Source: Tubulanus polymorphus (lineage: Eukaryota; Animalia; Nemertea). Taken from it: a stretch of DNA of 64,000 bases. Below the pieces are notes generated by a model, which worked only from the letters and a program-made list of their open reading frames with translations, was not told the DNA's origin and ran no database searches. Numbering within the stretch: the stretch's first letter is position 1; each line of letters begins with the position of its first letter. Where the stretch lies: positions 30,298,299 to 30,362,298 of the forward strand of contig NC_134025.1 in assembly GCF_964204645.1 (NCBI RefSeq). The letters are read 5' to 3'. The translations under genes and the position numbers were made by a program. Shown one piece after another: positions 1-12,621 of this stretch.

Positions 1-473
1 GATAGATTGATTATGATAATCATTCATATCATTAGTATAAGATCATAAAGAATTCCCTTCAGGACACTAACTTTTTGAGCAGTCGCGTGAAAACCTGGTG
101 TAATATCAGTAAACGCAAATAGAAATAGTACCGTGTCGTTTAACTTTGATAAAAGATAGGTGCTACAAGTGCAATAATCAGGTAACTAAGTCTCATTTAC
201 CTGATGAAGCTTCTTAAGTTAACCTATCTGCCTTAATGTTTACTCATTTTTCCTTCAAATTCAGAAATGTTCTTTCGTATCTTATCACAGTATAGATTTC
301 TTTCTTCAAGACGTTCAAGCAGAAATTGAGTGACAAAAGATACTTTTTCAACAAATAACATTGAGAATTTTACACAAAGTTTTATATCTCAAATATTATG
401 CTCCAAGAGCAAGTGTAAATGCCATGTTCGATATTGAAGTATTCAGTAGGATGATGAGACATATTGACAGTAA

Positions 474-3400
474 TCATGACGGTTGTTTAACGCTGGTACT
501 CTGTGCAGCCATTGCTGGTGTTATTTGTTTAGTATTTGCTCGATGAAGTTTCACATTGCGATAATGAGTTTCATCACGTTTCGGTAGAATCAGTTCACCG
601 ACTGCTATCAAATATAAAGCAATAATCGGTTCAGCTAATGCCGTTGAAAAAGTCAATTCAAATTCTGATTTAGCTGACTTTTATAAATACTTACGATCTT
701 TGGCGAGGAGATGTCTGAAAACTTGCTTTAGTCTTTCTGTGTTTATTTTGCTGACGTCAGCATGGTTGACCATCGGATAAGGGTAGTCTTTACCGATTAT
801 ACATTTAGCAGTTTTCTGAACTTGTATTGGAGCCATCCACGGTTCATAAATATATTTTGATGGCATATTCTTCAGTACTGGTAAATACGTTCTACAAATC
901 AACATTATCGAATCATTATTCTACTGATTAAACATTACAAATATATAGGTCTTCAAACATGGAGATCTGGTGAATCTCGGGTACAAACAGCTGATTGTCT
1001 GAGGGGTGCAAACAGCAGATTGTCTGACTAATAGCTGCATCTAGTTTCTGAACGTACCTGACAAAATCACCACTTGGGTCAGCCCTTTTACCAAAATTCA
1101 CTGGACAATGACAATGCAAAAATTGCTCGAAGAATGAACTGCACGATAACCAAATCCAAATACCCGCATTAGTGCTCCAATCAGCATCTAACATCAGTTC
1201 ATCGAACACCTGTCAATCAAATCATCAAATTCATTTATTCATTTCATGTTGTAAGTCTCACTGCAGTAAGACATTTCTAATACTACACGTACCTTCATCC
1301 CTTCTTCCCAGGAGAGCCACAGATCTCCTCTCGTTAGAAAACAAATAACAGCGTGTCGACACAGATGATGAATCCATCCTTCTTTACGTAGTTGAGCCAT
1401 AATAGCATCGATCCATGGGAAACCAGTTTTACCCTGTAACACAACAACAGGTTTTAGATGGACAGCTTTCGTTTATACATCTACCCCTCAGAGAATCAGC
1501 TACCTAAAACATCTTCTGCCCCGACCACAGTGGATGGCAATATTCCATCAATGCTGATAATTGCTTTGAAATATATTGAGCTAACGTTCAAAGTAGTAGA
1601 TTACACCAAAATAAAGCTTAGATTTTCTGGATTTTGGGTGGAACAAAAGCCTCGCTATTTCAGCAGCCACAATGTCATAGCGTAGCCCCTTTAAAATTCC
1701 AGCAAACACTAACAGCATCATCTATTATACGTTACCTCGGCCCATTTAGCCAACGCTTCGAGATTACGATCCCACGGAATCTGGATACAGATCGGATTTC
1801 GATGCATCACGTCAAATTTCGGGTTATTTGTCGCGGTCGTGTAGAAAAATTCACGCCATAAAATTTGCCCGAATAACGACAAGGGCGGATCAACCTGCTT
1901 CTTCATCTATAAAACATACCACGATCACGTATTAAATAGATACAGCTAACTATAAACTAACCCCAAATAAAATATGTGCAGCACAAACCTTTTTATACAG
2001 ATCCGTTAGCTTCCAATAAAACAATCTCACTGACAGACATCCGAACTTCAAATACGGACTAACACTCGTTTGATTGGGAAATAAAGATTGCGCGACCATT
2101 TTCGGCATTTCAAACCTCGCGACCCAAGCCTACAACATAATACCACCTGATTATACGTGATATCGTTTACAAAATATGTGAAATGGTTTCTTTAAATTTG
2201 GATCTGAAATCATTCTTTACGAGTAGAGGTTTCGACCTGGTTCCAATATTCGGGATCAAGCTAGACAGTATTCGGATTTGATTGCAGAATTAATAAAACA
2301 TTAGAAATAAACTTATTTTAACTCTGAATCCTATTTCGCGAGGAAATACCATCATTTCCCTGTCTTCATGTTTAAACGCGAACAGCGGAACTGATTTCAG
2401 TAATTACCTTTCTCTCCAAATGTCGCTCAAGTCGAGCCAACCCTTCAGTTTCTCCACCTTTCCAAACGGACGTTGCCAGGTTTTCAGTATCAAAACCTTC
2501 ACGAAATACAACATTTAATAACGATTATGATAAAAGTTAAATGAGCGTATTACTATTGGAGCTGTGTTTGTTTTGAATAAATAAAACTTACTTAATTTCT
2601 CGAGCGTAGGTATTCCGAAATGATCATCATGATCGTCAGAAACAGGAGTGAACACTCGGCCTATTGTATGAGGGGTCACTATTTCGTGCGGTTTTTCCGG
2701 TTTACCAATCTTCGACAGTAAAGCCTGGAATCTTTTATACGTTAAAGGAGCGTGTTTTCCATTCAGCGATATAATTCTAAAATATGAAAAAATTTTGTAA
2801 ATCTTTTACAATTCTATATTTTAGGAGGTTCAAGATATTTCTCAAAATTACAGGTGATTTGAGGGCATTGAAAATATCTCCTTCAGGCAGGTTTTGATTA
2901 AACTCCCTCACTTCTATCAGGGCAGGGCGTGGTCTAAATGAATGCGCCAATAGAGAATTCCGGAATTGATAGTAACCAATCAAAACCTGGCTTAATTTTA
3001 GAGGAGTTTTCAGGAATCTAATGAGAACTGCGATATGAATACGTACTGTTGAAGATTATAAAGTGTATGTGACGTTCTAACAATCACTTCAATATTTGCG
3101 TCCTTCGCTATCTTAGAAATAGCAGCATCTCTTTCACGACCGAACGGTTCCGGATCTTCTTCAAATGATAGATGAGTTATGTTCCATTTCTAACAAAATA
3201 TACAAATGAAATTTAAGTTACATTTCTAAAAAGACCGATTGAGCATAAAGTTCCCTGATTCCCAATTCTAACACTCAACGTGCATTGATGAAATAATTGG
3301 AGACAATTAGTTACAAGACATTTAAAATTTTTGATAATAATCTCGAGATAATATCATAAAATACCTTGAAATATTTCGGGAAAATATTAGCAGGCTGTCC

Positions 3401-3957
3401 TTGAATGACGAACAACCTTGAATTCAATTTCCTTAAATGGGCGTCCAAATCTTCCAAACACTGTATAAGAAACCTACAAAACAGTCATCAGAGCCAACCA
3501 ATTAGTTGATAACACTAACACTAGGTGGAGTGGTAACACTTCCGTGATATGAATAAGTAAAAATCCCACAATTAATCGTCAGAAAAATAGATTTTCTTTA
3601 AGATGTGAATATATTACTGCAACATTTCAGTTATTATCTTATAACAACCATCATCATCAGGCACACTGACCCTCTTCTCGCCCTCTAGTAGACACTAGAT
3701 CCTAATTTTCAGTGGTTGAAAAAGGGACACTGGTACAATAACCGTCAGACATTTAATTAAATTTACCTCCAGCGGTTAATCCCGACCTGTGATGTACCAG
3801 CGAACCACGGATCTAATATAAACACGCATCTGAAAGTTTCAGCATCTTTCAATGAATGAAGCAGCGCCGGGTTGTCATGTAAACGTAACCCTCGACGAAA
3901 CCAATGAATCACGTTCTTCGGTCGACTTGTCGGACAAATTGGACCCGTATCGGACAT
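474..3957 (-). CDS. CRY: Cryptochrome, vertebrate-like type II (repressor class), 11 coding exons, 549 aa
   Basis: Exons with GT-AG ends: 3767-3957, 3365-3473, 3047-3189, 2592-2776, 2408-2496, 1989-2129, 1736-1906, 1293-1433, 1058-1209, 695-891, 474-604; total 1650 nt, in frame. Motifs: [76 protein letters not shown]-terminal helix [10 protein letters not shown]. The last exon is the least certain. Confidence 0.95.
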
Positions 3958-3974
3958 TTTACTATCGGTAATAA

Positions 3975-4400
3975 CTTGAAAAAAATATAAATGTTATCGT
4001 TTTAATATAAACATTGTTACATGAGGCCAATATATATTGTATCTACAGTTGAAATTCATTGATAAAATACTAATAATTACAACTCTGCTATGGCAATTAT
4101 CTATCTTTCAAGATCGGATATTTTCACAAACCACAGCCCATCTGATCATAAAAGCTTACCACCAACAATTAGGATTAATTAAGTAATTACGTGAAACATT
4201 AATTACACCATATTTGTATAATGAAACACTGAAATTAGATTTACTTTTTATACTCACCAAAATTTAAACGAAAGAGAAGAGAAATCTGTTTCTAATCTAT
4301 TCCATCATCACAGCAGTAGTTGCGTCTAAAGCATAGCTCATCAGTATCCTGCCACTATTAACCGAGACCCGCGCGTGTATAATCTATAAATATATCAACA
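3975..4400 (-). promoter_or_regulatory. Probable CRY 5' UTR intron, non-coding first exon and core promoter
   Basis: Minus strand: strong acceptor TTTTTTTCAAG at 3975-3976 just upstream of the ATG; candidate donors GTGAGT (~4256) and GTAAGC (~4159); TATA-like TATTTATA near 4385-4392. Confidence 0.5.
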
Positions 4401-5418
4401 CACATGCTGCTTGAAAACGTGACACACCGCTCGAGACAACCTAAAGTCACGACGCCGTCATCAGTTAAAAAGAAGTGAGAAAAAAATTGCTAACCGCTCA
4501 AACAGGCTGCTTATCAGACCAGTTACATCACATACCTACTGAGTATTTGATGAGTTGGTGAGGGTGCCAGCGTTACGCAATCTTTGAGATGTGCGCAAAT
4601 AAAGATTTTTACTATGTATTGAATTGAATTGGGATGACCGGATGAGGGTTGCTCCGACCATTCGTCCGTCCCTTCAATCATCTAATGCATCCGTTAAAAG
4701 CAGATTCTCCTTGAAGGTAAAGCTCTAGGTCCGCTACTCTCCAGAGCTCTAGGTTTCACGAAGTTATGAATATTATTGAAAAATGTCGAAAAATACATTG
4801 AGTATTCGCATTAGTGGGTAGACTGGTTTCAGTCGAAATAACAATAACCAATCGTGTCGTCTCTCAACCGTCAAGTGCTGCCCCTATCTAAAACGTTGGC
4901 TTAAATACGTGACCTAGATTATTACTCGCATGCCGGAGTCTTTCGCATCGCGGGAGCAAGATAGATTATACCAAATAATATTCCACCAATCACTCTCCTA
5001 GTGGCGAACTGAACCTAGGAAGAACAGCGAAAGTCTTGAAACATAACTGATAAATAAAGGCCCCACAACGCAGTTGTCGATGTTTTGTTCTGAAAAAGTA
5101 TATTTGTACCCGGTATGGGACTTCCAAACATTACGTGTTGTAGCGTTACCCGAATAGTAAAGATGACCGATGATTTAGAGGTGTTTTTTGTAATAAAAGG
5201 TATTTTTTTATATTTTGTGCTTTAAGAAATAATTTCAGGGCTAAAGATACCCTCGTTCACTATCACATTAATTGCCTGAAATAATTCATATGAGGCAAAA
5301 CCAATTTATTGTCATTTAATCAACTAGAACAGCTAAATCATCAATCAATTCAATCAAAATATATTTTATTTTGTTGGTTGTAACAGTGTAGGACGAGCTC
5401 AGTAGTTGTGGAAATAGG

Positions 5419-8400
5419 ATGGAGGATAATGACTGGCGGCTTGTGGAAGAAAACCCAACAAAACCTAGGAAGAGGAGAAAAATATCTGTGAATTATTCTG
5501 GAAAAACCTCTGCAGACCAGCTCAATAATGATGATGAAAAAACAGAAAATGACGGTAAGCCATCCTTAAATTATGACTCCACAATTTCACAGTATTTCAG
5601 TAGACACATTGAAAGGATTAATGAATAAGGTTTTTTTAATTTCGTAGATTGTTTTGGTTCCGAAATTGAATTCAATTTTCACGCGTTGAGTAAGAAAAAG
5701 TTGATCGATGTTAGAATAGATGAGATGTTTGAGAAGGAGGAGAAGGAGAAGGAATTAGAGGAAGAATATTCGGTAGATGAAGCGTCGCAGGAGAAACTGC
5801 TTCGCTGTCTACGAATGGCTTCATCTCCGCCGAGTAAAACTCCGTCTCAACCTGACGTCGAACTCAGAGATCCGCATCTTCTAACGTTATTAGATAGAAT
5901 AAAGCCGACTGATCGCTTGGAAAATCATTTCCAGTTGACGACGTCTACGAGCGTTGATAATAACGACGTGTTTCTGTCGTGTAATTATTGCGAACGTATA
6001 TTTCCGTCGGAAGATACGTTTTTGTTACATCTTCAGTGTCACATTACGTTTACCCCGTGGATGTGTCCGCTCTGTCCATTTGCAGGTAGGCTAATATTCA
6101 GTATCTACCATTGCTGAAAAACACTCTTCAGTCCAAATTTGAAACAATAATTTTAAAATCCCACAATGAAAATGAAACAAAGAGTCCAAAATGATTCCTT
6201 CAGTTTGTAGTTTGTTGAAACATTTTGACCGTAACCTTAATCTTCAGGGGCTGGTTCCATAGTCGAGACTTAAGACCACAACTGGTCTTAAACCTTAAGA
6301 CTTGTCTCAAGTTGTTAGATTGGCTATAGAACTAAGTTTGTCTTAGACAGGTCTTAAGTCTAAGCCCTGTCTATGGAACCGGCCCCAGGGGCCGGTTCCT
6401 CATTTGAGACTTAAGTCCAAAAATGGTCTTAAATTCTAAGATTGGTCTTAAGTTGTTAGATTGGTTACAGAACTAACATGGTCTTAAGTTGGTTTTAAGT
6501 CTAAGCCATGACTATGGAACCGGCCCCAGGAATCAATGATTGGCTGAATGAAACATTTCAAACTCACTTTTGGTATTATTGGATTTTTAAATACTGGTTG
6601 GCATTACGAGACAAAGTATTTCATCAATTGTTTACATGATGTTCAGTTTGTTACATTTGATAAATCAACTTATTTGAATTGAATTTTTCTATTTTATCAT
6701 TTCAGTTAATTTGAAAAGTCAACTCGCTTCCCATATGAATAATCACAGTAAACTGAAACATTTTAAATGTGATCTGTGTGGTTCTGTATTCTTTCATAAA
6801 AATGCGGTGAGTGTGTTTACATTTTACGCAGTTTTAAATTAGAATATTGCGCATGAAGGGGTTTTGGTGTCAGTTCACAAATCTTGCCCCAGTCGAAAGA
6901 ACGCAAAAATACATGTATTTCTGATATGTGTCCCACCCGAACGTTGTTACATGTAGAATCTTCTTCCACAGATTCAGAATCACATGAAGGATCATTTCAG
7001 TGAACATATTTGTTCAATATGTGACCAGGCATTTCATGACGAAAGTGAATTAATTGATCACAATAACACAGTTCACACTACTTCTCTTAAACAAGGTACA
7101 GATTTGATTTTATTTGATTTTGAATGAAATACTACCGATTAAGGCTTAAGAATTGATACCTTGTTTCTCATTTCTGCTAAGCTTAAAAGTTGACCTGTAC
7201 ATTACTTCAAGCTAACAATCACAGACCCAGCAGTTATTGAAATGAACTGAATTGAATTTCATTGCAGTTTACAAAATGACCCAACAGATTAGGAGTAGAA
7301 ACAAGGTATCATTTTTTTCAGCCTAATGTAATTAAAACGATAAGAATATCTGTTTTTTCAGGATGCAAGAAATTGGTGCGATGTTTGAAAAAAGAGAAAA
7401 CTTCAAAGAGGTAAGTTTATGACGAATCATTCATACAAATCTATGGGGATCTGTAGGTAAAATATTGACCTCTTCTTCGTATGTACATAATGCATAAAAT
7501 TGCATTCAGTGAGATGTTAAAATCACCAGCCCCTTCAGTATGCACTCAAATATTTCTAATTCGAACAATTATTTGAATAAATTGAATACTTCAATTTATT
7601 TCCAGGAAGCAAATTCAGAAAGATGAAAAGGATCACATCTACGCCGATCTGAAACAAGATTCTCAAACTGACAACAACAACCGTTTGAAAGATTTGAATA
7701 AACAAGCTTTAAAACAACAGAACATCTCGATATCCGGTCATCATAAAAAACCGCAAGCGTATGACTTAATACTGGACGATTACTGTCATATCAAAACAGG
7801 TAATTAACTCATTGGATAAACGAGTCTATTCATTCCCTAATTTGTATGTTCGATTCAATTTACTAAATGTATGTTGCCGTTATTGATTAGTCATCAACAT
7901 AATAATCATATGACTGCTACATCGACCTCACTTGCCGCAGTAGCATTGACCGTTCCCCATTAACCATGTTTTAAAATCAATCTCAATTTTTTCGAACTAA
8001 TCTTATTCAGAATCTGGTCATTTGTTATTTTCGTGTAAGAAATGTCAATTGGAATTCAAAAAACGAAACCAGTTTCTGTCACATTTGACGAGTGAACACA
8101 AGGAGTGCAAACCGTACAAATGTTTACATTGCGATTATTCCAGTAAGTAAAACTTGTTAAAAGTCCCATTGCTTGTGTTCAAAAGCCTTCATTACCTGAC
8201 TGCCTCTCGAGCTTTCTCACAGTTCACAGACCAGTCAGAACTCTTCGCTTTGAGTCACAGTACCGTCTCGAAGTTAGATCATACCATCTGAAGTCATTTT
8301 GCGGATTTGCATTTATGAGATTTCCCCCATCATATTTCCTACCCCAACCCCTTATGATATCGATTCTTCAGCATTCAAAGGATGGCTGAAGACTTATCAG

Positions 8401-11400
8401 ATTCAGTCATTACCTGTTTCTGGAGAGTGTCTTAGATAATTGTTCTACTTGCAAGGCACTATACTACAGATTCATGATGCTATCATATTGTGCTACTTTT
8501 TTAAGACGCTTTACAAATTCATCATCCTATCTATATTCATCAGAATCATGTAACTTAGAAATTAACTTAATATTGTACGTAGTCTGTTTGAAGTCAGTTT
8601 TGTATTTTTTTTCAGCTCGCGTCAAACCTAACGTATTTTCTCATATGAAAATCCACAACGAAGAAAAGAAGCATGTTTGCTCAATTTGTCATAAAGGATT
8701 TCACTTTTCATACAAGGTTGATATTTCAGAGTTCACTACCGGCGTTCAAAGCAGTGAATTGAAAAAGATCTTTTTCGGAAAATATTGTATTTATTTCAGC
8801 TTGAAATTCACATGCAGTACCACGCTAATGAACGCAATTTCACTTGTGATATATGTGGAAGTAATTTCAATAATGCTGTGGATGTGAATCGACATAAAAA
8901 AAGACTTCACACTGAAGGTGATTTAAACCGAAAATCATATTTTCCTTTCTAAAAATCAGTTGTTAATTGTAATTTTGAGTTTCAGCTTTGATTTATAACC
9001 CATAAATGTCATCGAAATTAATAAATTTGACTGAGATTTAGAATACAGATATTGTCTGATCTTAGTTCAGTTCAAGTCTAAGCTTTTCGAACTGGAATAT
9101 TGTCCAAATTGAATGTGCCATATTGCAATTGTTTATGATTCACATATAGGGTTTGAAAGATATCTTAACAAACATTTGAGTAAAGACTTTAGCTCAGTCT
9201 AGTGTAGAACACAATTCAAATTGAAATTAGCTCACAAACTAGCTCTTTATTATATTGATTTGAAATGAAACAATTTTTATACCGTAACTCATCGATTATT
9301 TTTAGGATATCCATTTACTTGTGATGTATGCGGTAAAGGTTTCAAGTACAAATTAGCTTATACGCGCCATTCAGAAACGCACGTTCCTGGAAAAACTCAA
9401 ACCTGTCCGGTGAGTACCTGTTAATAGTTCATCACATTTCAATAACAACTCTCGTGATGAACTATAAGAACTACAGTGACAACTACATTAAACTAAGCGA
9501 ACTAATCTCAAGCCTAAACAATGATATTCAAACAAGATAGGTGGAATCTGATTTGACATCGACTAAATCGCTGCTATAGCCTTGTTACGGTCAGAAAGCA
9601 CCGAGATAAAATCAGCAGCCAGACAACGAAAACACAACTTATTGCATTTCATGATACTTTATGTAGTATATTTTTGAGTACTAGACCTTACAACAAGTTA
9701 TCATAGAATGAACTGTTGACAGTACTGGTTGTCCAGAATCAATGTCATACGACTTTAAATTTAAACAAATGTATGGTGGATACTGAACATATGGACTTTG
9801 AATTAAGCAACGACTTATTTGAAAAATTTGACTTATTTATGACAACTTAAATGAAGATATTGATAGGTTTTATTGAATGATATAATGAAATATGCGGAAT
9901 CTCCCCGATCTGACTTTAGCTGGCTTTAACTGTATATATGTGCTTGATATTTTCAGTACTGTAATAAATGGTATCGCACCAAACACAGTTTACGTATCCA
10001 CATGCAGTGTCATACTACTATATTCCAGTGTCAAATCTGTGACAAGAATATCACTAGTTACTCAGCATTTGTGTAAGTTTATTTTGAGAGTCTTGAGTTT
10101 CATCAGAAAGTTGAAGTTTAAAACGTTAAACAATGAAGTGTCCAATAGCGACTGCAATAGAAATTTGAGTCTCACTTTTTCATGAAACTTGATCCCGGTC
10201 GAATTCTGTAAAAATCTCGATCTTAATTTAAACTCGTTTGAAACCGTTTTTCAGCCAGCACAAAAACTCACATGACCCAAATTATAAAGGCTTCCCCTGT
10301 GAGCAGTGCGGTAAGAAGTGGCCCAGTCAACACGCGTAAGTCGAAAATAAACCTACAAATTTTGTCGGAAATTTTCCGATTTCGTAATTTTGGACTCAGT
10401 TCTACAGTCTTAAGCTTGACTAATATAGAGCTGTATAAATTAGGTCATTTCCAACTCAATAGTCGAGTCTTAACTGTAGAACTGTCCAGGGGCTGGATGC
10501 TCAAAAGTTGGTTAGACTGAACTGATGGACAAATACTGCGGTTATTAATAGAATTTCAATTGTCACTATGTCACCTATCCACTGGTTAACTCAACTTTTA
10601 ACCAACTTTTGAGCCACTGACTCCAGATTTACAGCAGAATTTCTTTAGAATAACTGTCTATTTACAGTTTGGATAAACATACCGCTATCGCTCACATGAC
10701 AGAGAAACCATTCGAGTGTGAATTCTGCGGCAAAAGTTTCAAATTAATGGAATATCTGAAGGTAAAATTTCAAAAGATAACTAGAGGGGGTTTGAAATAT
10801 GCTGTAGAAATCGAGTTTGAGAACAAATATGACTCGACGGGGTGGGGTCCCTATGACTCCTCGATTTCTTAAAAACTCATTCAAAACTGAAAATATTTTT
10901 AAAGGTGCTCGAAACTTCTTTAATTAACAGCTTACTGAGATAAACAGTACTGATTTAGGAGGTGTCTTTAGTAATTGGGATATGAAAGTGATGCAGACGC
11001 ACAATTCCTCGAAATTTGAAATTTTCTCCTTGAAAACTAGTAGGCCTAATATCCAGGAATGACTGATCTGCAGGGACCCTGCACTGCACGTTTCAAATTA
11101 GATCCGGAACTGTGGAACTTGATCCAATATTGTATGTTGTGATATTGTAAGTTGTATATTGTATATTGTAGGCTCATATGGTGACTCATTCAACTGAGAA
11201 AGAATGCACTTGTCACATCTGTGGAGCGAAACTGAAACGTAAATCGAGTTTAATCGTTCATTTGAAACGACACAAAATGCAGAAACCGTTCGTTTGCGGT
11301 TTGTGCGGCAAAGAATATTCACATCGTCAAGCTTTATCTAATCATTTATTACATCATTCTCAGGATAAGGTCAAGGTAAGGATATGTTTCATTAAACCGA

Positions 11401-12621
11401 GGTGTAATTACAAACAGTCCTCTCAGGTTAGATGAGAAATTCATTTATTATTGGAGTCATAATACTTAACTGATACTCAAGAACTAGATCAAAGGCGTCC
11501 CCAGGAATTTTCATAGAGGGCTCGAATTAGCATCAATCCAGCATCTAAGCACAATGTCTGGTGTTTGGTGGGCCTCCCCCAAAAAACTTTTTAAAATTGG
11601 AGGCTTTAGAAAAAGACTAGTCAAATTGGCAAGAAAAATCTTGAACATTGATTACATAGTAACTTGAGAAGTTAGCTATCTCGAAAAGGGGTGTGTCCGC
11701 TACCCCCGTACCCCCCTTGGGGACGCCTATGTAGATCCTTCAATCCCCACAGTTTATCATCAAAGAATAAGAAAATTTGGCAAAGTAAGAATTACTTGAG
11801 TCGTATTGAGGTAAGAATATTCTTCAACGATAACCTGCAGGGATTATCGCATCTTCAATGATAGCCTGCAGGGATAATCCGATCTAGTTCCCAAGTTGTT
11901 GGTTGAAGTATTACTTCAATAATTAATCATTGAAATGAGAACTATGAAACGAGATCCTATTTATTCATATATGGATCGTAACAAATTTACCTTGAACTTT
12001 TGATGAATTCTTCTAAAACACGACACTAGATACAGTACGCGACATTTGGATAAATTTGTCATTTTTCTCGGGGGGGAAAAAACCTTTGCTTTACCATAAC
12101 GTGTATCGAGTCTGAGGGAATTGATGAATTGAATTGTTGTTTATTTGAAGGCGTGTACACATTGTGAGCAGACGTTTACCAGTCAAACTGAACTAGAGGA
12201 ACACGTACAAACAGAACACGTGTCGGAACCGGAAATAATCACTCAACACATCATCGATTCGAACTGCTTCCTCTGCGAACAATGCAACGAAATATTCGAG
12301 AATCAAGAAGCGCTCGCGTTACATATACTAACCGATCATATGAAGGAACATTTAGAGGTCGAAACGGAGCATAAAACGGAACTCGTAATGAATGAAAACG
12401 GTGATTTATTACCGATTACAACCGCTGATAATAATCAGACAGTCTTCATCGACGATATGAGTTCCCACGGCAACGTCGTCGCGACAACAATCGAAATAAT
12501 CAGCGACGTCGACGGCAATATTTTGTCGATTCCGACGATCGAGGGATCGGTGGACTCGAAACCGGCGCTAGTCGCTCCGCCGCGTAGGCAGTCCCCGAGA
12601 CATGTGAAAATTATCACTTGA
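5419..12621 (+). CDS. Multi-C2H2 zinc-finger protein, 17 fingers, about 820 aa
   Basis: Exons 5419-5554, 5648-6085, 6706-6806, 6972-7095, 7362-7410, 7606-7799, 8011-8142, 8616-8716, 8800-8917, 9306-9409, 9957-10072, 10255-10335, 10668-10761, 11172-11375, 12151-12621; all GT-AG and phase-compatible, total 2463 nt. Repeated CxxC...HxxxH units and a TEKPF linker. A small upstream coding exon (ATG 5163-5180 spliced to 5392) is possible. Confidence 0.9.
6248..6526. mobile_element. Two tandem PIF/Harbinger-like MITEs, each 138 bp
   Basis: Copies 6248-6385 and 6389-6526 have TIRs GGGC(T/C)GGTTCC...GGAACCGGCCC. CAG lies at 6245-6247, 6386-6388 and 6527-6529 (3-bp TSD). The superfamily call is inferred from the termini and TSD. 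Confidence 0.8.
7140..7327. mobile_element. Small inverted-repeat element (MITE-like) in a ZNF intron
   Basis: Left TAAGGCT...TGATACCTTGTTTCT pairs with right AGAAACAAGGTATCA...AGCCTAA. Confidence 0.55.
10490..10623. mobile_element. Harbinger-like MITE
   Basis: GGGCTGGATGCTCAAAAGTTGGTTA...TAACCAACTTTTGAGCCACTGACTC, flanked by CAG on both sides. Confidence 0.65.
11490..11731. mobile_element. Non-autonomous DNA transposon with 5-bp TSD
   Basis: TIR CAAAGGCGTCCCCA...TGGGGACGCCTATG; TAGAT flanks both ends (11485-11489 and 11732-11736). Confidence 0.75.

Noticed and set aside
233-361. 42-aa minus-strand ORF downstream of the CRY stop, followed by a donor-like CAG|GTAAAT
   Set aside because: It is short, has no recognisable homology and has an in-frame stop just upstream; most likely CRY 3' UTR.
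474-3957. Calling the gene a (6-4) photolyase or a Drosophila-type light-sensing CRY
   Set aside because: SCSSFF, DPWFAG, HLERKAWVA and the ERLKQVF helix, together with the exon sizes, fit vertebrate-type CRY better.
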